From assembly GCA_038087875.1 (NCBI GenBank), contig JAXLNO010000258.1, positions 1-47,239 on the forward strand: a stretch of DNA of 47,239 nucleotides, in the 5' to 3' direction. The position numbers were made by a program, and so were the translations under genes. The notes beneath the pieces are model-generated. The model worked only from the letters and a program-made list of their open reading frames with translations. It was not told the DNA's origin and ran no database searches. This document shows, piece by piece, positions 43,770 to 47,239 of the stretch. Each line of letters starts with the position of its first letter. Positions within the stretch are counted from its first letter, which is position 1. This DNA comes from Malacoraja senta. Taxonomy: Eukaryota.

Positions 43770-46539
43770 CCTGAAGACTTTGTGTCTCAATGCAAGGAGC
43801 ATTCGTAATAAGGTGGATGAATTGAACATGCAGATAGCAATTAATGATTATGATATAGTTGGGATCACGGAGACATGGCTCCAGGGTGACCAAGGCTGGG
43901 AGCTGAACATCCAGGGATATTCAAATATTCGGGAGGGATAGAGAGAAAGGAAAAGGAGGTGGGGCAGCATTGCTGGTTAGAGAGGAGATTAACGCAGTGG
44001 AAAGGAAGGACATTAGCTTGGAGGATGTGGTATCGGTATGGGTAGAGCTGCGAAACACTAAGGGGCAGAAAACGCTGGTGGGTGTTGTGTACAGGCCACC
44101 TAGCAGTAGTAGTGAAGTTGGGGATGGCATCAAACAGGAAATTAGAAATGCGTGCAGCAAAGGCAAAACAGTTATAATGGGTGACTTCAATCTACATATA
44201 GATTGGGTGAATCAAATTGGCAGGGGTGCTGAGGAAGAGGATTTCTTGGAATGTATGTGGGATAGTTATCTAAACCAACCTGTAGAGGAACCAACGAGAG
44301 AGCAGGTTATTCTAGACTGGGTATTGAGTAATGAGGAAGGGGTAGTTAGCAGTCTTGTTGTGCGTGCCCCCTTGGGCAAGAGTGACCATAATATGGTTGA
44401 GTTCTTCATTAGGATGGAGAGTGACATTGTTGATTCAGAAACAACGGTTCTGAACTTAAAGAAAGGTAACTTTGCGGGTATGAGACGTGAATTGGCCAAG
44501 ATTGACTGGCAATTAGTTCTAAAAGGGGTTGACGGTGGATATGCAATGGAAGGCATTTAAAGACTGCATGGATGAACTACAAAAATTGTTCATCCCAGTT
44601 TGGCAAAAGAATAAATCAGGGAAGGTAGTGCATCCGTGGATAACAAGGGAAATCAGGGATAGTATCAAAGCAAAAGATGATGCGTACAAATTAGGCAGAA
44701 AAAGCAGCATACCAGAGGACTGGGAGAAATTCAGAGACAAGCAGAGGAGGACAAAGGGCTTAATTAGGAAAGGGAAAATAGATTATGAAAGAAAACTGGC
44801 AGGGAACATAAAAACTGACTGCAAACGTTTTATAGATATGTGAAGAGAAAGAGATTAGTTAAAACAAATGTAGGTCCCTTGCAGTCAGAAACAGGTGAAT
44901 TGATCATGGGGAACAAGGATATGGTGGACCAATTGAATAACTACTTTGGTTCCGTCTTCACTGAGGAAGACATAAATAATCTGCCGGAAATAGCAGGGGG
45001 CCGCTGGTCAAAGGAGATGGAGGAACTGAGTGAAATCCAGGTTAGTCGGGAAGTGGTGTTGGGTAAATTGAATGGATTAAAGGCCGATAAATCACCAGGG
45101 CCAGATAGGCTGCATCCCAGAGTACTTAAGGAAGTAGCTCCAGAAATAGTGGAAGCATTAGTGATAATTTTTCAAAACTCTTTAGATTCTGGAGTAGTCC
45201 CTGAGGATTGGAGGGTAGCAAACGTAATCCCACTTTTTAAGAAGGGAGGGAGAGAGAAAACGGGGAATTACAGACCAGTTAGTCTAACATCGGTAGTGGG
45301 GAAACTGCTAGAGTCAGTTATTAAAGATGGGATAGCAGCACATTTGGAAAGTGGTGAAATCATTGGACAACGTCAGCATGGATTTACGAAAGGTAAATCG
45401 TGTCTGACGAATCTTATCGAGGATGTAACTAGTAGAGTGGATAGGGGAGAACCAGTGGATGTGTTGTATCTGGACTTTCAGAAGGCTTTCGACAAGGTAC
45501 CACATAAGAGATTAGTAAACACACTTAAAGCACATGGTATTGGGGGTTCAGTATTGATGTGGATAGAGCACTGGCTGGCAAACAGGAAGCAAAGAGTAGG
45601 AGTAAACGGGTCCTTTTCACAATGGCAAGCAGTGACTAGTGGGGTACCGAAGGCTCAGTGCTGGGACCCCAGCTATTTACAATTTATATTAATGAACTGG
45701 ATGAGTGAATTGAAGGCAGCATCTCCAAGTTTGCGGATGACACTAAGGTGGGTGGCAGTGTTAGCTGTGAGGAAGATGCTAGTGAGTGGGCAAATGTTTG
45801 GCAGATGCAGTATAATGTGGATAAATGTGAGGTTATCCACTTTGGTGGCAAAAACAGGAAAGCAGACTATTATCTAAATGGTGGCCGATTAGGAAAAGGG
45901 GAGATGCAAGGAGACCTGGGTGTCATGGTACACCAGTCATTGAAAGTAGGCATGCAGGTGCAGCAGGCAGTGAAGAAAGCAAATGGTATGTTAGCTTTCA
46001 TAGCAAAAGGATTTGAGTATAGGAGCAGGGAGGTTCTACTGCAGTTGTACAGGGTCTTGGTGAGACCACACCTGGAGTATTGCGTACAGTTTTGGTCTCC
46101 AAATCTGAGGAAGGACATTATAGCCATAGAGGGAGTGCAGAGAAGGTTCACCAGACTGATTCCTGGGATGTCAGGACTTTCATATGAAGAAAGACTGGAT
46201 AGACTTGGCTTATACTCGCTAGAATTTAGGAGATTGAGAGGGGATCTAATAGAAACGTACAAAATTCTTATGGGGTTGGACAGGCTAGATGCAGGAAGAT
46301 TGTTCCCGATGTTGGGGAAGTCCAGGACAAGGGGTCACAGCTTAAGGATAAGGGGCAAATCCTTTAAGACCAAGATGAGGAAAAACTTTTTCACACAGAG
46401 AGTGGTGAATCTCTGGAACTTTCTGCCACAGAGGGTAGTTGAGGCCAGTTCATTGGCTATATTTAAGAGGGAGTTAGATGTGGCCCTTGTGGCTAAAGGG
46501 ATCAGGGGGTATGGAGAGAAGGCAGGTATGGGATACTGA
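43770..46539 (+). pseudogene. CR1 ORF2 (endonuclease + RT), few lesions
   Basis: [48 protein letters not shown]-terminal RLRGDLI...FFTQRVVNLWN. Confidence 0.94.
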
Positions 46540-46638
46540 GTTGGATGATCAGCCATGATCATATTGAATGGAGGTGCAGGCTCGAAGGGCCGAATGGCCT
46601 ACTCCTGCACCTATTTTCTATGTATCTATGTATCTATG

Positions 46639-47239
46639 TTACCTACCAGTTGGGTGGACGTTACACTGGTTTCTGAAAGAATGGTATGGGATAACATCAG
46701 AATTGTTTATACTGCAAGCTATACAAGGGTTTCGAATTGAATTCATTTCCAATTTGTGTCCGCCTACACAACATACACCAAGGCAAAAAGAGAATTTGGA
46801 GGATCAAGCTGAAATTGAAAAATTATATATAAAAGGTGTAATTGAGAAGACAGTTTGTCAACCTCATCAATTCGTATCTAATATTTTTCTTAGACCAAAG
46901 AAAGATGGTGGGAGTCGGATTATTTTGGACCTGACGGACCTTAATCCGTTTGTGCAGTATAAACATTTCAAAATGGAAACATTTGCGACTGCCAAGCAAT
47001 TGTTTTCCAGAGGGTGTTATATGGCATGTATAGATCTAAAGGATGCATATTATTCAGTGCCTGTTCATAAAGATCATCGGAGATATTTGAAATTTAGCTG
47101 GATGAGGCAATTGTGGCAATTTAAAGCGCTGCCTAATGGATTAAACTCAGCCCCTAGATTATTTACAAAGCTGCTAAAACCAGCATTGGGGCTACTCCGG
47201 GTTCAGGGTCACATAGTAATGGCTTATTTAGATGATATC
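46639..47239 (+). pseudogene. DIRS-B reverse transcriptase, truncated by the window edge
   Basis: Open frame from ~46874: SNIFLRPKKDGGSRIILDL...IDLKDAY...LPNGLNSAPRLF...MAYLDDI; absent from the ORF track because no stop is reached. Confidence 0.92.

Larger units (their letters stand above)
37144..46638 (+). mobile_element. CR1 LINE (37144-37583 + 43733-46638), split by L1-B
   Basis: ORF1 esterase end (FLDHWDLF...DGLHLN), near-complete ORF2, (TATCTATG)n tail at 46615-46638. Confidence 0.94.
35709..47239 (+). mobile_element. Second DIRS1-type element (DIRS-B): 35709-37123 + 46639-end, split by CR1/L1
   Basis: Left end TTTTACTTCGGAGTCACGTGAGTGA.T.CGTGAAGAACCCGC as in DIRS-A; gag-like ORF; pol start MEVGGS at 37076 resumes as GRLHWF at ~46657. 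Confidence 0.92.

Overview
Eukaryotic repeat-dense DNA with no supportable host protein-coding gene. It is most likely from a cartilaginous fish (skate/ray-like), inferred from HE1/V-SINE-type SINEs and the CR1 families present. The window is a stack of nested, mostly decayed transposons: two DIRS1-type tyrosine-recombinase retrotransposons (one structurally complete at 1610-6018, one running off the right edge), several CR1 LINEs, two full-length but divergent L1 LINEs (11222-21320 and 37584-43732), a gag-less Gypsy/Mag LTR element with near-identical LTRs and a 5-bp TSD, a second almost fully deleted LTR element, Helitron pieces with PIF1 helicase next to a 2.7-kb G-rich minisatellite, a PIF/Harbinger MITE, a Tc1 left end, three Penelope-derived fragments with hammerhead-ribozyme cores, and short LINE tails. 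The most novel-looking signal is in the ~1.1-1.2-kb spacer between ORF1 and ORF2 of both L1s. Despite little overall similarity, both spacers keep the same order of modules: a YY1-like motif, a cluster of ACTAAY (STAR/QKI- or branch-point-like) motifs, a conserved sequence block followed by two hairpins whose pairing is kept with different sequence, and a U-rich tract. This is a candidate cis-regulatory system for ORF2 expression. Both DIRS copies also show splice-site layouts suggesting pol is expressed by splicing out gag. All coordinates were read by eye and family names are by recognition, not database search.
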